In this document: positions 10,256-23,356 of the stretch, piece after piece
Layout: every line of letters starts with the position of its first letter
How positions within the stretch are numbered: position 1 is the stretch's first letter
From: Candidatus Competibacteraceae bacterium
Lineage (GTDB): Bacteria; Pseudomonadota; Gammaproteobacteria; Competibacterales; Competibacteraceae
Reading direction: 5' to 3'
DNA length: 64,000 bases
Assembly (NCBI GenBank): GCA_046347625.1
Contig: JAXMFU010000001.1
Span: 671,512-735,511 of the forward strand
Notes under the pieces: generated by a model
The model's database searches: none
The model's input: only the letters and a program-made list of their open reading frames with translations
Told to the model about the DNA's origin: nothing
Translations under genes and position numbers: made by a program

Positions 10256-11046
10256 TGGCTATTATTCTTGCAATCGCCAATCAAAAGGGTGGGGTGGGAA
10301 AAACGACCACGGCGGTCAATCTTGCCGCCTGTCTGGCGGCTTCTAAACTCAAGCCGCGTGTCCTGCTGATCGACCTGGACCCCCAGGGCAATGCCACCAT
10401 GGGCTGTGGCATCGATAAGCGTGTCGCCAAGGCGACCAGCTATGAAGTCCTGCTGCGGCAGACAGCCGTGCGGGACGCCTTACAGTGTTCGGAATCGGCC
10501 GCTATTCAGGTACTGCCCGCCAATATCGATCTGACCGGCGCGGAAGTGGCCCTGCTGGATGCCGACAAAGGTCAGCACCGGCTGCGCGAAGTGCTCGAGC
10601 CGCTGCACCATGAGTTCGACTATATTCTGATCGATTGCCCGCCATCGCTGAGCATGTTGACGGTGAACGCCTTGACCGCCGCCCAGGGAGTCATCATTCC
10701 CATTCAATGCGAGTACTATGCGCTCGAGGGATTGTCGGCTTTGCTGGATACCATCGAAAAAGTGCGTCGGACCACCAACCCGCGCCTGCGCATCGAGGGC
10801 CTGCTGCGCACCATGTTCGATCCACGCAACCGGCTGGCGAACGAGGTCTCGACCCAATTGCTGGAGCACTTCGGCAGCATCGTCTATAAGACCTTGATTC
10901 CCCGTAATGTCCGCTTGGCCGAAGCGCCCAGCCATGGACAGCCGGTGATTACTTACGATAAAAGCTCCAAGGGTGCCGAGAGTTATCTGGAACTGGCCAG
11001 AGAATTACAACAACGGGTACGCAAGCAACTGCGGGCTGTAAGCTGA
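10255..11046 (+). CDS. parA: Chromosome partitioning ATPase ParA.
   Basis: The N-terminus IANQKGGVGKTTTAVNLAA is the deviant Walker A motif. Confidence 0.9.
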   Translation: MAIILAIANQKGGVGKTTTAVNLAACLAASKLKPRVLLIDLDPQGNATMGCGIDKRVAKATSYEVLLRQTAVRDALQCSESAAIQVLPANIDLTGAEVALLDADKGQHRLREVLEPLHHEFDYILIDCPPSLSMLTVNALTAAQGVIIPIQCEYYALEGLSALLDTIEKVRRTTNPRLRIEGLLRTMFDPRNRLANEVSTQLLEHFGSIVYKTLIPRNVRLAEAPSHGQPVITYDKSSKGAESYLELARELQQRVRKQLRAVS

Positions 11047-11065
11047 GCATTCTGGGGGTACGAAC

Positions 11066-11926
11066 ATGGCGGTAAAAAAGCGCGGTCTGGGGCGTGGCCT
11101 GGATGCCCTGTTAGGTCCTCTCAATGTCAGCGGGGGTGGTCCTGCCGGCGAAGAAGCCCTGCGGCTGCTGCCGGTCGAGCACATCACCCGCAGCCGCTAT
11201 CAACCACGGCTGAATCTCCACCAGGAACACCTGCAGGAATTGGCCGATTCGATTCGTGCCCAGGGTCTGGTTCAGCCTATCGTGGTGCGGGCGGCGGTGG
11301 CGGGGCGTTACGAATTGATTGCCGGCGAACGACGCTGGCGCGCGGCCCAACTGGCGGGACTGCCGGAAGTGCCGGCGCTGGTCCGCGAGGTATCGGATCA
11401 AGTCGCCATGGCGATGGCTTTGATCGAAAATATCCACCGGGAGGATTTGAATCCGCTGGAAGAAGCCCAGGCACTGCAACGCCTGATCGAAGAATTTACG
11501 ATGACCCATCAACAAGTCGCCGAAACCATCGGGCGGTCGCGGGCGGCGGTCACCAACCTGCTGCGGCTGCTCGAACTCAGTGAAGAAGTGCGGCAACTGG
11601 TGCAGGACGAGCAACTGGAGATGGGCCATGCGCGAGCCCTGCTGCCCCTGCCGCCGACGCTGCAGCAGGAACTGGCCCGGCAAGTGGTGCGGCGCGGCTT
11701 ATCGGTCAGGGAGACCGAAGCCTGGGTAAAGCGCCTGCAGGGCGGCCTGGCCACCGCCGTAGCCAACCGCACGCCGGACCCCGATATCCATCGCTTGCAG
11801 GAAGAGCTTTCCACCCGCCTGGGCGCCCGGGTACTATTACAGCACAGCACCTCGGGCAAGGGACGGTTGGTCATCCACTACAACACCCTGGATGAACTCG
11901 ATGGGATCCTCAACCGGGTGAAGTGA
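11066..11926 (+). CDS. parB: Chromosome partitioning protein ParB.
   Basis: N-terminus KRGLGRGLDALL, the ParB box, and a helix-turn-helix. Confidence 0.9.
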   Translation: MAVKKRGLGRGLDALLGPLNVSGGGPAGEEALRLLPVEHITRSRYQPRLNLHQEHLQELADSIRAQGLVQPIVVRAAVAGRYELIAGERRWRAAQLAGLPEVPALVREVSDQVAMAMALIENIHREDLNPLEEAQALQRLIEEFTMTHQQVAETIGRSRAAVTNLLRLLELSEEVRQLVQDEQLEMGHARALLPLPPTLQQELARQVVRRGLSVRETEAWVKRLQGGLATAVANRTPDPDIHRLQEELSTRLGARVLLQHSTSGKGRLVIHYNTLDELDGILNRVK

Positions 11927-12080
11927 GGCATTTTTCGCATTGACCTATGTAGTGTAAGTCTTTATAATATCGAACATACTTTTCAGTGTCAGTGGCATAA
12001 CAGTTCCGGTAGCCGAGCAAAAACAATGGTTGCAAGGCCGTTAATACAAGGGATGGAGCCACCCTTAGAATGGGTAGATA

Positions 12081-13240
<1,160 letters not shown>

Positions 13241-13261
13241 TCCTGTGGCCCTGTGTATTAA

Positions 13262-13576
<315 letters not shown>

Positions 13577-13614
13577 GCAACCACAGTGCTCCTACAGACA
13601 GGAGGGGATAAGAC

Positions 13615-14085
13615 GTGAATTTTAATGCTACCCTGATTGGGCAGATGATCACGTTTATCCTGCTGGTGGCCTTCACCATGAAATATGTATGGCCTCCTTT
13701 GATGCAGGCCATGCAGGATCGCCAGAAGCGCATCGCCGAGGGCTTGGCATCGGCCGAGCGCGGCGTCCGCGAGCAGGAACTGGCGGCCGTCAAGGCGGCG
13801 GAAACGCTCAGAGAGGCCAAAAAGCAGGCAGCGGAAATCATCACCCAGGCGCAGAAACGCGCCAACGAAATCGTCGAGCAGTCCAAGAACGAGGCCCGCG
13901 AAGAGGGGCAGCGGCAGCTGGAAGCGGCCAAAGCCGAAATCGATCAGGAATTCAATCGTGCGCGGGAACAGCTTCGCAAGCAGGTATCCAGCATTGCAGT
14001 CGAAGCGGCGGGCCGGATTCTAGGTCGTGAGGTCGATGCCAAAGCGAATGCCAAGCTGGTCAAAGATCTGGTCGCTCAACTCTGA
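13615..14085 (+). CDS. atpF: F0 ATP synthase subunit b.
   Basis: An N-terminal transmembrane helix followed by a long charged helix. Confidence 0.85.
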   Translation: MNFNATLIGQMITFILLVAFTMKYVWPPLMQAMQDRQKRIAEGLASAERGVREQELAAVKAAETLREAKKQAAEIITQAQKRANEIVEQSKNEAREEGQRQLEAAKAEIDQEFNRAREQLRKQVSSIAVEAAGRILGREVDAKANAKLVKDLVAQL

Positions 14086-14100
14086 TAGAGGACGGTAGTT

Positions 14101-14649
14101 ATGGCTGAAACGACAACCGTCGCCCGACCCTATGCCCGCGCCGCCTTCGAACAGGCTTTTGCGACGCAGGAATTAAAACGCTGGTCTGATCTGTTGCAAA
14201 CGGCTACGGTTGTCGCCGCCGATCCGTCCATGCGTAATCTGTTGGCCAGCCCGCAGGTGGGTTACCAGCAAAAAGCGGATTTGCTGCTCGATATTGCCGG
14301 CGGCGTCTGTCCCGAGGGAATTCCGGAGCAGGCGCGCAATTTTATTGTGCTGCTGGCACAAAATCGCCGCCTGGGCTTGTTACCGCCCATTGCCGCGCTA
14401 TTCGAGAGGCTGCGCGCCGAAGCGGAAAAGACGGTCGATGCCGAAGTCGTCAGCGCCTTTCCGGTCGATGATACGCAGCGTGACGAGATCACCCAGGGTC
14501 TGGAAAAACGCCTCAGGCGCTCGATTCTGCTGCATTGCAAAGTGGACGAGTCGCTGATCGGCGGTGCGATTATCCGGGCGGGTGATTTGGTTATTGACGG
14601 TTCCGTGCGTGGGCAGCTGCAACGACTTGGCGCTGTTCTGCAACAGTAA
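14101..14649 (+). CDS. atpH: F1 ATP synthase subunit delta.
   Basis: Operon position. The N-terminus [10 protein letters not shown] fits the OSCP/delta family. Confidence 0.85.
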   Translation: MAETTTVARPYARAAFEQAFATQELKRWSDLLQTATVVAADPSMRNLLASPQVGYQQKADLLLDIAGGVCPEGIPEQARNFIVLLAQNRRLGLLPPIAALFERLRAEAEKTVDAEVVSAFPVDDTQRDEITQGLEKRLRRSILLHCKVDESLIGGAIIRAGDLVIDGSVRGQLQRLGAVLQQ

Positions 14650-14660
14650 CGGGGAAAACT

Positions 14661-16202
14661 ATGCAACTTAATCCATCTGAAATCAGCGAACTGATTCGAC
14701 AGCGCATCGATAAATTCGAAGTGCGCGCCGAGGCGCGCAACGAAGGCACGATCGTCAGTTTGGCCGATGGTATTGCCCGTATCCATGGCCTGGATGATGC
14801 CATGCAGGGTGAAATGCTGGAGTTTCCCTCCAACATTTTCGGCCTGGCGCTGAACCTGGAGCGTGATTCGGTCGGCGCGGTGATTCTGGGCGATTACGAG
14901 AAGCTGTCCGAAGGTGATACGGTCAAATGCACCGGCCGTATTCTCGAGGTGCCCGTCGGTGATGCCCTGATCGGTCGGGTCGTCAACTCGCTGGGTCAAG
15001 CCATCGACGGCAAGGGGCCGATCGAGACCCCTTACAGCTCCCCGATCGAGAAAATCGCGCCGGGCGTGATCGAGCGGCAATCGGTCAGCCAGCCGGTACA
15101 AACCGGTCTCAAGGCCATCGACTCGATGGTGCCCATCGGGCGCGGTCAGCGCGAATTGATCATCGGTGACCGCCAGACCGGCAAGACCGCCGTCGCCATC
15201 GATACCATTATCAATCAGAAAGGCGGCGACATTATCTGTATCTATGTCGCTATCGGTCAGAAGAATTCTTCCATCGCCGGCGTCGTGCGCAAGCTGGAAG
15301 AATATGGTGCCATGGCGCATACCATCGTCGTGGCCGCCAGTGCATCCGACCATGCCGCCATGCAGTATATCGCTCCCTATTCCGGCTGCGCGATGGGCGA
15401 GTACTTCCGCGACCGGGGCCGGGATGCGCTGATCATCTACGATGACCTGACCAAGCAAGCCTGGGCTTACCGCCAAGTCTCTCTGCTGCTCAAGCGGCCG
15501 CCGGGACGTGAAGCCTATCCGGGCGATGTATTCTATCTCCATTCCCGCCTGCTGGAGCGGGCCTCCCGCATCAACGCCGATGAAGTGGAACGCCTGACCA
15601 ATGGGGAAGTTAAAGGTAGAACCGGGTCGCTGACCGCCTTGCCGATCATCGAAACCCAGGCGGGTGACGTCTCGGCCTTCGTGCCGACCAACGTGATTTC
15701 CATCACCGACGGCCAGATCTATCTGGAAACCGACCTGTTCAATGCCGGTATCCGTCCGGCCATCAACCCCGGCCTGTCGGTATCGCGGGTCGGTGGCGCG
15801 GCCCAGACCAAGATCGTCAAGAAACTTGGTGGTGGTGTCCGCCTGGCTCTGGCGCAATATCGCGAGTTGGCGGCATTCGCCCAGTTCGCCTCGGATTTGG
15901 ACGAAGCCACCCGCAAGCAGTTGGAACGCGGCCAGCGGGTAACCGAACTGCTCAAGCAAAAGCAGTATGCGCCGATGAGCGTCGGTGAAATGGCAATCGA
16001 TCTGTTCGCGGTCGACCGGGGTTATCTGGACGATCTGCCGCTCAACAAGATCGGTGATTTCGAGGCGGCGCTGCTGTCCCACATGCGGGGCAATTACAAG
16101 GACTTGATGGCCAAGATCGACCAGACTGGCGATTTCAACGACGAAATCGAGTCGGCCTTCAAGAAAGCGCTGGACGAGTTCAAAGCCAACTATGTCGGGT
16201 AA
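14661..16202 (+). CDS. atpA: F1 ATP synthase subunit alpha.
   Basis: Walker A motif GDRQTGKT; 513 aa. Confidence 0.95.
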   Translation: MQLNPSEISELIRQRIDKFEVRAEARNEGTIVSLADGIARIHGLDDAMQGEMLEFPSNIFGLALNLERDSVGAVILGDYEKLSEGDTVKCTGRILEVPVGDALIGRVVNSLGQAIDGKGPIETPYSSPIEKIAPGVIERQSVSQPVQTGLKAIDSMVPIGRGQRELIIGDRQTGKTAVAIDTIINQKGGDIICIYVAIGQKNSSIAGVVRKLEEYGAMAHTIVVAASASDHAAMQYIAPYSGCAMGEYFRDRGRDALIIYDDLTKQAWAYRQVSLLLKRPPGREAYPGDVFYLHSRLLERASRINADEVERLTNGEVKGRTGSLTALPIIETQAGDVSAFVPTNVISITDGQIYLETDLFNAGIRPAINPGLSVSRVGGAAQTKIVKKLGGGVRLALAQYRELAAFAQFASDLDEATRKQLERGQRVTELLKQKQYAPMSVGEMAIDLFAVDRGYLDDLPLNKIGDFEAALLSHMRGNYKDLMAKIDQTGDFNDEIESAFKKALDEFKANYVG

Positions 16203-16213
16203 GAAGGTGCGCC

Positions 16214-18494
<2,281 letters not shown>

Positions 18495-18541
18495 TGCAAA
18501 CGGACCCCCCGCAAGGGGGGTTCAGCGCTCGAGGTGACGCC

Positions 18542-18964
18542 ATGGCGATGACCATCCATGTAGATATTGTCAGTACCACTCGTGAAATCTTCTCCGGCCC
18601 GGTGACACTGGTGACGGCAACGGGCGAACTGGGTGAGCTGGGTATTCTGCCCCGCCATAGCCAGTTACTGACCCGGCTCAAGCCCGGGTTGGTCAAGCTG
18701 CGGATGCTGGATGGAGAAGAAGAGGTATTTTATGTATCCGGTGGCCTGATGGAGGTACAACCTCATGTGGTCACCATTCTGGCCGACACCGCCGAGAATG
18801 CGGGTAATCTGGACGAAGCGGCGGCCATGGAGGCCAAGCGGCATGCCGAACAGTTGATGGCCGACAAGCGCGGCGATTACGAATATGCCCGGGCCGAGGC
18901 CGAACTGGCGGAAGCCATTGCCCAGCTCAGGGCGATCGAGAAGCTGCGCAAGAAACGTCATTAA
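18542..18964 (+). CDS. atpC: F1 ATP synthase subunit epsilon.
   Basis: The N-terminus MAMTIHVDIVS is typical of epsilon. It is the last gene of the operon. Confidence 0.85.
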   Translation: MAMTIHVDIVSTTREIFSGPVTLVTATGELGELGILPRHSQLLTRLKPGLVKLRMLDGEEEVFYVSGGLMEVQPHVVTILADTAENAGNLDEAAAMEAKRHAEQLMADKRGDYEYARAEAELAEAIAQLRAIEKLRKKRH

Positions 18965-18979
18965 AGAGTCATTGTACTG

Positions 18980-20350
18980 ATGCCGCTAGCGGTCGTTATT
19001 CTTGCCGCCGGCAAGGGCAAGCGGATGGTATCCGACTTGCCCAAGGTGCTCCACCGGGTCGGTGGCAAGCCTATGCTGGTTCACGTCATCGAAACAGCGC
19101 ACAGCCTGGAAGCCGAGCGCTGTTTTGTCGTTTATGGCCATGGCGGTGAAGCGGTCAAGGCTGCCTTTGCCGGGCTGCCGGGAATCGACTGGGTGGAACA
19201 GGCCCAACAGTTAGGGACCGGTCATGCGGTAGGCCAGGCTTTGCCAAGCATCCCCGATCAGGATATCGTGCTGGTGCTCTATGGCGATGTTCCGCTGATC
19301 CAGGCCGAGACGCTGCGACCGCTGCTGGAGAGCGCCCATAAGGGCTATCTGGGCTTGCTGACGGTAGAACTGGACAATCCCACCGGTTATGGCCGGATTA
19401 TTCGTGATGCTACAGGCCAAGTGATTCGGAACGTCGAAGAAAAAGATGCGGCTGCCGAGCAACGGCTGATTCATGAGGTCAACACCGGCATTGTGGCGGT
19501 TCAGGCGCAACACCTGAAGGCCTGGGTGGCCGCACTGAAGAACGATAATTCGCAGGGTGAGTATTACCTGACGGACGTGATCGAACTGGCGGTGGGTGAA
19601 GGTATCGGCGTGGAAGCCTTCAGAGCCTATGCGCCGGAAGAAGTGCAGGGTGTCAACGATCGGCTGCAACTGGCCCAGTTGGAGCGCTATTATCAACGCC
19701 GCCAGGTGGAAGTGCTGATGTTGAGCGGCGTTACGTTGCTGGACCCGGCGCGGGTGGATATCCGCGGTACGGTAGTCGCGGGGCGGGATGTCGTGATCGA
19801 TGTCAATGTGATCCTGGAAGGCGAAATACGCCTGGGAGACCGGGTGATTATCGGTCCGTATTGCGTGCTGCGCGATGCCGTATTAGGCGACGATACCGAA
19901 GTGTTATCCCATTGCCGGATCGAGGAGGCACAGACCGGCAAGGGTGTGCATGTTGGCCCCTTTGCCCGCTTGCGGCCGGGTGCCCGGATTGCCGATGGGG
20001 CCAGAATCGGTAATTTCGTTGAAATAAAACAAGCTCTGATCGGGCAGGATTCCAAGGTCAATCATCTCACCTATATCGGCGATGCTGAAATCGGCGCCGA
20101 TGTCAATGTCGGCGCAGGTACGATTACCTGCAATTACGATGGCGTCAACAAACATAAAACGATAATAGAAGATCGAGTATTCGTCGGTTCCAATACGGCC
20201 CTGGTAGCACCGGTCAAAATAGGGGAGGGGGCGACTCTCGGTGCGGGTTCCACTATTACCAAAGATGTGCCGGCGGACAGTCTATCGCTGACCCGTGCGC
20301 CGCAGAAAACGATTACCGATTGGCAGCGGCCGAGTAAGAAGTCTTCTTGA
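18980..20350 (+). CDS. glmU: Bifunctional UDP-N-acetylglucosamine pyrophosphorylase / glucosamine-1-phosphate N-acetyltransferase.
   Basis: N-terminus LAAGKGKRM, with C-terminal hexapeptide repeats. Sits downstream of the atp operon. Confidence 0.9.
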   Translation: MPLAVVILAAGKGKRMVSDLPKVLHRVGGKPMLVHVIETAHSLEAERCFVVYGHGGEAVKAAFAGLPGIDWVEQAQQLGTGHAVGQALPSIPDQDIVLVLYGDVPLIQAETLRPLLESAHKGYLGLLTVELDNPTGYGRIIRDATGQVIRNVEEKDAAAEQRLIHEVNTGIVAVQAQHLKAWVAALKNDNSQGEYYLTDVIELAVGEGIGVEAFRAYAPEEVQGVNDRLQLAQLERYYQRRQVEVLMLSGVTLLDPARVDIRGTVVAGRDVVIDVNVILEGEIRLGDRVIIGPYCVLRDAVLGDDTEVLSHCRIEEAQTGKGVHVGPFARLRPGARIADGARIGNFVEIKQALIGQDSKVNHLTYIGDAEIGADVNVGAGTITCNYDGVNKHKTIIEDRVFVGSNTALVAPVKIGEGATLGAGSTITKDVPADSLSLTRAPQKTITDWQRPSKKSS

Positions 20351-20445
20351 CAAGCGGACAGTCCTTGCCAACCATATTAGCGCTCGGAAGCCAGGCGTTG
20401 GAAGGTTTTACCAGCGTGATCGCATCTGAGATAAAGGGCCAATAA

Positions 20446-21093
20446 GTGCGCGCCTGCCTTCGTGAGCCAATTTCGGAGATCGCCGATGCCGCTCGTTATT
20501 TGGATGCTGCTGTTTCTGCTCACTTAGCCGGCGAAGTAATGTTAGCTGAGCGTTTAATCGTGCTTGCGGATATATCTGTAATACGTGACTGGACAGAATC
20601 CATTTGGGGTAAGAACAGCCCATATGTTCAATACCGTGCGCTAGATGGCTTACCAGGCATTCCATTGGATGAGCGTGTTAAAGCACGTATGCCCAACGCA
20701 TTGGAGAGGCATCAACTGCATGACAGGGATGGCTATCATTGTAGGTTCTGCGGCATTCCTGTTATCCGGCGTGAGATCCGCATACGAATCATGCAGCACT
20801 ATCCAAATGCACTCAGATGGGGTAAGCACAACTCAGAGCAACACGCGGCATTCCAAGCTATGTGGGCGCAATATGATCATGTTGTACCGCATGCTAGGGG
20901 CGGCACTAATTCGCTTGATAACGTAGTGGTTTCCTGCGCTCCATGCAACTTTGGACGCATGAGCTACACGCTGGCTGAGGTCGGGTTAAGCAATCCATTT
21001 GAGCGGGAGCCTGTTAGGTCCTTGTGGGATGGTCTTGAGCGCTTTGCATCAACACCAGCTAACAATTCATTCAAGCCGGCGGAGCTAGCGTAG
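20446..21093 (+). CDS. HNH-endonuclease-domain protein. The N-terminal domain of about 100 aa is of unknown function.
   Basis: Motifs HCRFCG ... DHVVPHARGG ... NVVVSCAPCN. Local GC content looks lower than in the flanking genes. Confidence 0.65.
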   Translation: MRACLREPISEIADAARYLDAAVSAHLAGEVMLAERLIVLADISVIRDWTESIWGKNSPYVQYRALDGLPGIPLDERVKARMPNALERHQLHDRDGYHCRFCGIPVIRREIRIRIMQHYPNALRWGKHNSEQHAAFQAMWAQYDHVVPHARGGTNSLDNVVVSCAPCNFGRMSYTLAEVGLSNPFEREPVRSLWDGLERFASTPANNSFKPAELA

Positions 21094-21097
21094 TCAG

Positions 21098-21162
21098 GTA
21101 GGGTGGGCACGGCCCACCTTGATTCGTCCCCACGGTAAAAATGTGGGCCATGCCCACCCTAC
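21098..21162. repeat. REP-like inverted pair, family B: GTAGGGTGGGCA(C/T)GGCCCACC ... GGTGGGCCATGCCCACCCTAC.
   Basis: Two inverted copies of about 21 nt separated by roughly 25 nt. The same element occurs at 26318-26384. Confidence 0.7.
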
Positions 21163-21180
21163 AACTACGGGTTCTCGTGA

Positions 21181-21669
21181 GTGATAATGAAAGCCTCGGT
21201 TTACATCGAGTCATCGGTAATTAGCTACTGCGTAGCACGTACCAGCCAAAACTTGATAGTAGCCGCTCGCCAAGCGATCACACAGGAGTGGTGGAACTGG
21301 GGTATCAAGCGGTACACATGTTATATTTCAGCGGTAGTAGAGCGGGAAATATCGGCAGGCGATCCAGAAGCGGCCAAACAAAGGCAGAAATTGATTGTTG
21401 AGATACCCAGCTTGCAGGTTAACGAAGACGCTCAATATCTGACCCAAGGTTTATTATCGGCTCAACTTTTACCCATTGGCAGCGTTGATGATGCGCTTCA
21501 TATTGCAATAGCTTCGGTTCATGGCATGGATTACCTATTGACCTGGAATTTTAAGCACATCAACAATGCTGAGACGAAGGGCAAGATTATGACTTTTGTT
21601 GAAGAATCAGGCTATCGCTGCCCGGTGCTGTGTTCACCCGAAGAATTAGGAGGTTCATTCGATGATTGA
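21181..21669 (+). CDS. PIN-domain-like protein; a possible toxin or nuclease with degenerate acidic residues.
   Basis: The C-terminal DDALHIAIA ... LLTWNFKHI resembles the last PIN helices. The first and last acidic positions appear to be E and N instead of D. Confidence 0.4.
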   Translation: MIMKASVYIESSVISYCVARTSQNLIVAARQAITQEWWNWGIKRYTCYISAVVEREISAGDPEAAKQRQKLIVEIPSLQVNEDAQYLTQGLLSAQLLPIGSVDDALHIAIASVHGMDYLLTWNFKHINNAETKGKIMTFVEESGYRCPVLCSPEELGGSFDD

Positions 21670-21838
21670 AGATCCGATTGTAAAAGAGATTCACAAAATC
21701 AGGCAGGAGTACGCTGCGAAGTTTGGCTTCGATGTGGCGGCGATCTGCGCCGATTACAGAGAGCGTGAAAAAAAATCCAAGCTTAAGTTAGTATCCTGCC
21801 CCCCTAAACGTATAGCGGAATCCGCAGAAAGCGCATAA
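21662..21838 (+). CDS. Small overlapping ORF of about 58 aa (MIEDPIVKEIHKIRQEYAAKFGFD...); a possible partner protein of the PIN-like gene.
   Basis: The 8-nt ATGATTGA overlap with the preceding stop suggests translational coupling. It is below the 60-aa threshold of the ORF track. Confidence 0.3.
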   Translation: MIEDPIVKEIHKIRQEYAAKFGFDVAAICADYREREKKSKLKLVSCPPKRIAESAESA

Positions 21839-22113
21839 ACTCGTGTAGCCAGTGTAGCCGTGTGGTTCGTTCCAGCCCGAAAATAGGGTTGTTATAAGGC
21901 TGGCAGATTGGCGAGGTAGCCAACTGAACTGGGATTTTGATGCCGGTTAAAATCCTGCCACCTAGAGGCATGGTGAAGCCTATAACCTGCCCAGTCCGAA
22001 AGGTTGATCACCCCGTAGGATAAGAGCTTGGGTAGAAGGCCCGGTAACGGAAGCGGGAGTCCCAATCAGAGGTCGGCGGTAAAGTTGTACCGATCACCCT
22101 GGGGACTGGTCAA

Positions 22114-22566
22114 GTGACTATGGTAAACAAGCCCGGAAGGGTCAACGTGATCGACTCAGACTATTATTGGAAAAAACAGGGAATATTGCCTTGGGAAAAT
22201 ATCCACGACTGGATAGACAAACCAAATACGCTTTGGAATTTAGGACAAGGAAGCTACTCCGGCCTTAACAACCGTGTGGCGATTGGGCAAGAGAACGGTA
22301 CATCGCTGTATCTTATTTCCGTCGAACGCCTGAACCTGTTGGTCGGTCGTAAAGCACCCGAATACCCTGATTCCAAACGCGCCGTGCGAGGCGAGTTCGT
22401 TTATCGAGGTACGAACTATCGAATGGACGTAACCGACCCGGTAATCGAGCGGAACTATTTATTCCGGGCTGATGGTCAATACGACATTCTTCGTCCTGTA
22501 CTGTGTATTAGCCTTGGCGATCTTTACGAAGGCTATTTCTACAAACTCATAGCGGCGGTCTTGTAG
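22114..22566 (+). CDS. Hypothetical protein, 150 aa.
   Basis: ORF inside the AT-richer insertion; no motif recognised. Confidence 0.4.
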   Translation: MTMVNKPGRVNVIDSDYYWKKQGILPWENIHDWIDKPNTLWNLGQGSYSGLNNRVAIGQENGTSLYLISVERLNLLVGRKAPEYPDSKRAVRGEFVYRGTNYRMDVTDPVIERNYLFRADGQYDILRPVLCISLGDLYEGYFYKLIAAVL

Positions 22567-22580
22567 CCGGAGCGGTTCGC

Positions 22581-22970
22581 TTGAATTCTATGTTATACAC
22601 TATTGGCCATTCAAACCACGAGATAACTGCATTCATCGGGCTACTGCAACAGCACGGTATCACAGCTCTCGGTGATGTGAGGTCGCACCCCTACAGCCGT
22701 TACGTGCCGCATTACTCCCGCGAACCCTTGAAGGCTACATTGGCCAACGCTGGTATTGCCTATGTATTTCTCGGTAAACAGCTAGGCGCTCGGAGTGACA
22801 ATCCTGCTTGCTATAACAAAGGCAGGGTTCAATATGACCGATTGGCGCAAGAAGAAAGTTTCTCAGAAGGAATCATGCGCGTGATGCATGGGATGAATCG
22901 GCACTGTATCGCACTGATGTGCGCCGAGAAAGATCCCATCGCGTGTCATCGAGCAATGTCTCTCAACTAG
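22581..22970 (+). CDS. DUF488-family protein.
   Basis: N-terminal TIGHSNH followed by ...YVFLGKQLG... and a C-terminal CAEKDPIACHR, the pattern of DUF488. Confidence 0.6.
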   Translation: MNSMLYTIGHSNHEITAFIGLLQQHGITALGDVRSHPYSRYVPHYSREPLKATLANAGIAYVFLGKQLGARSDNPACYNKGRVQYDRLAQEESFSEGIMRVMHGMNRHCIALMCAEKDPIACHRAMSLN

Positions 22971-23287
22971 CCGGTTTCACCAAGAAAGATGACTTGGGGT
23001 TTTTTCTCCATGAAATCTGCAAGATCGATTACGTTCATTTGCCAGAGTTGGCGCCAACCCAAGACATCCTTGATACTTATAAAAAGAAAGGCGGTGATTG
23101 GGTAATTTACGAGAAACAGTTTTTAGCGTTATTGGAGGCACGCCGTATAGAGGAGACAATAGATAAAAGCTTAGTCGATGGCTGCTGCCTACTATGCAGT
23201 GAGGCCAATTCTGAGCATTGTCATAGACGGTTGGTAGCAGAGTATCTTCGTGAAAAATGGGGCAATATCGAAATTCAGCACTTATAA
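22919..23287 (+). CDS. Second, N-terminally incomplete DUF488 copy; a possible fragment or frameshifted duplication.
   Basis: YVHLPELAP ... LLCSEANSEHCHRRLVAEYL matches only the C-terminal half of DUF488. It overlaps the previous ORF in a different frame. Confidence 0.4.
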   Translation: MRRERSHRVSSSNVSQLAGFTKKDDLGFFLHEICKIDYVHLPELAPTQDILDTYKKKGGDWVIYEKQFLALLEARRIEETIDKSLVDGCCLLCSEANSEHCHRRLVAEYLREKWGNIEIQHL

Positions 23288-23356
23288 AGCCGGGTAAAGC
23301 GGGCACAGGAGGTGCCCGACATATACCGCCACAAATTGGGAAAGCATCGGGCAACA

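Noticed and set aside
14262-16082. A 606-aa ORF on the minus strand.
   Set aside because: It lies entirely antisense to atpA, whose protein identity is unambiguous. Such long antisense open frames are expected in GC-rich DNA.
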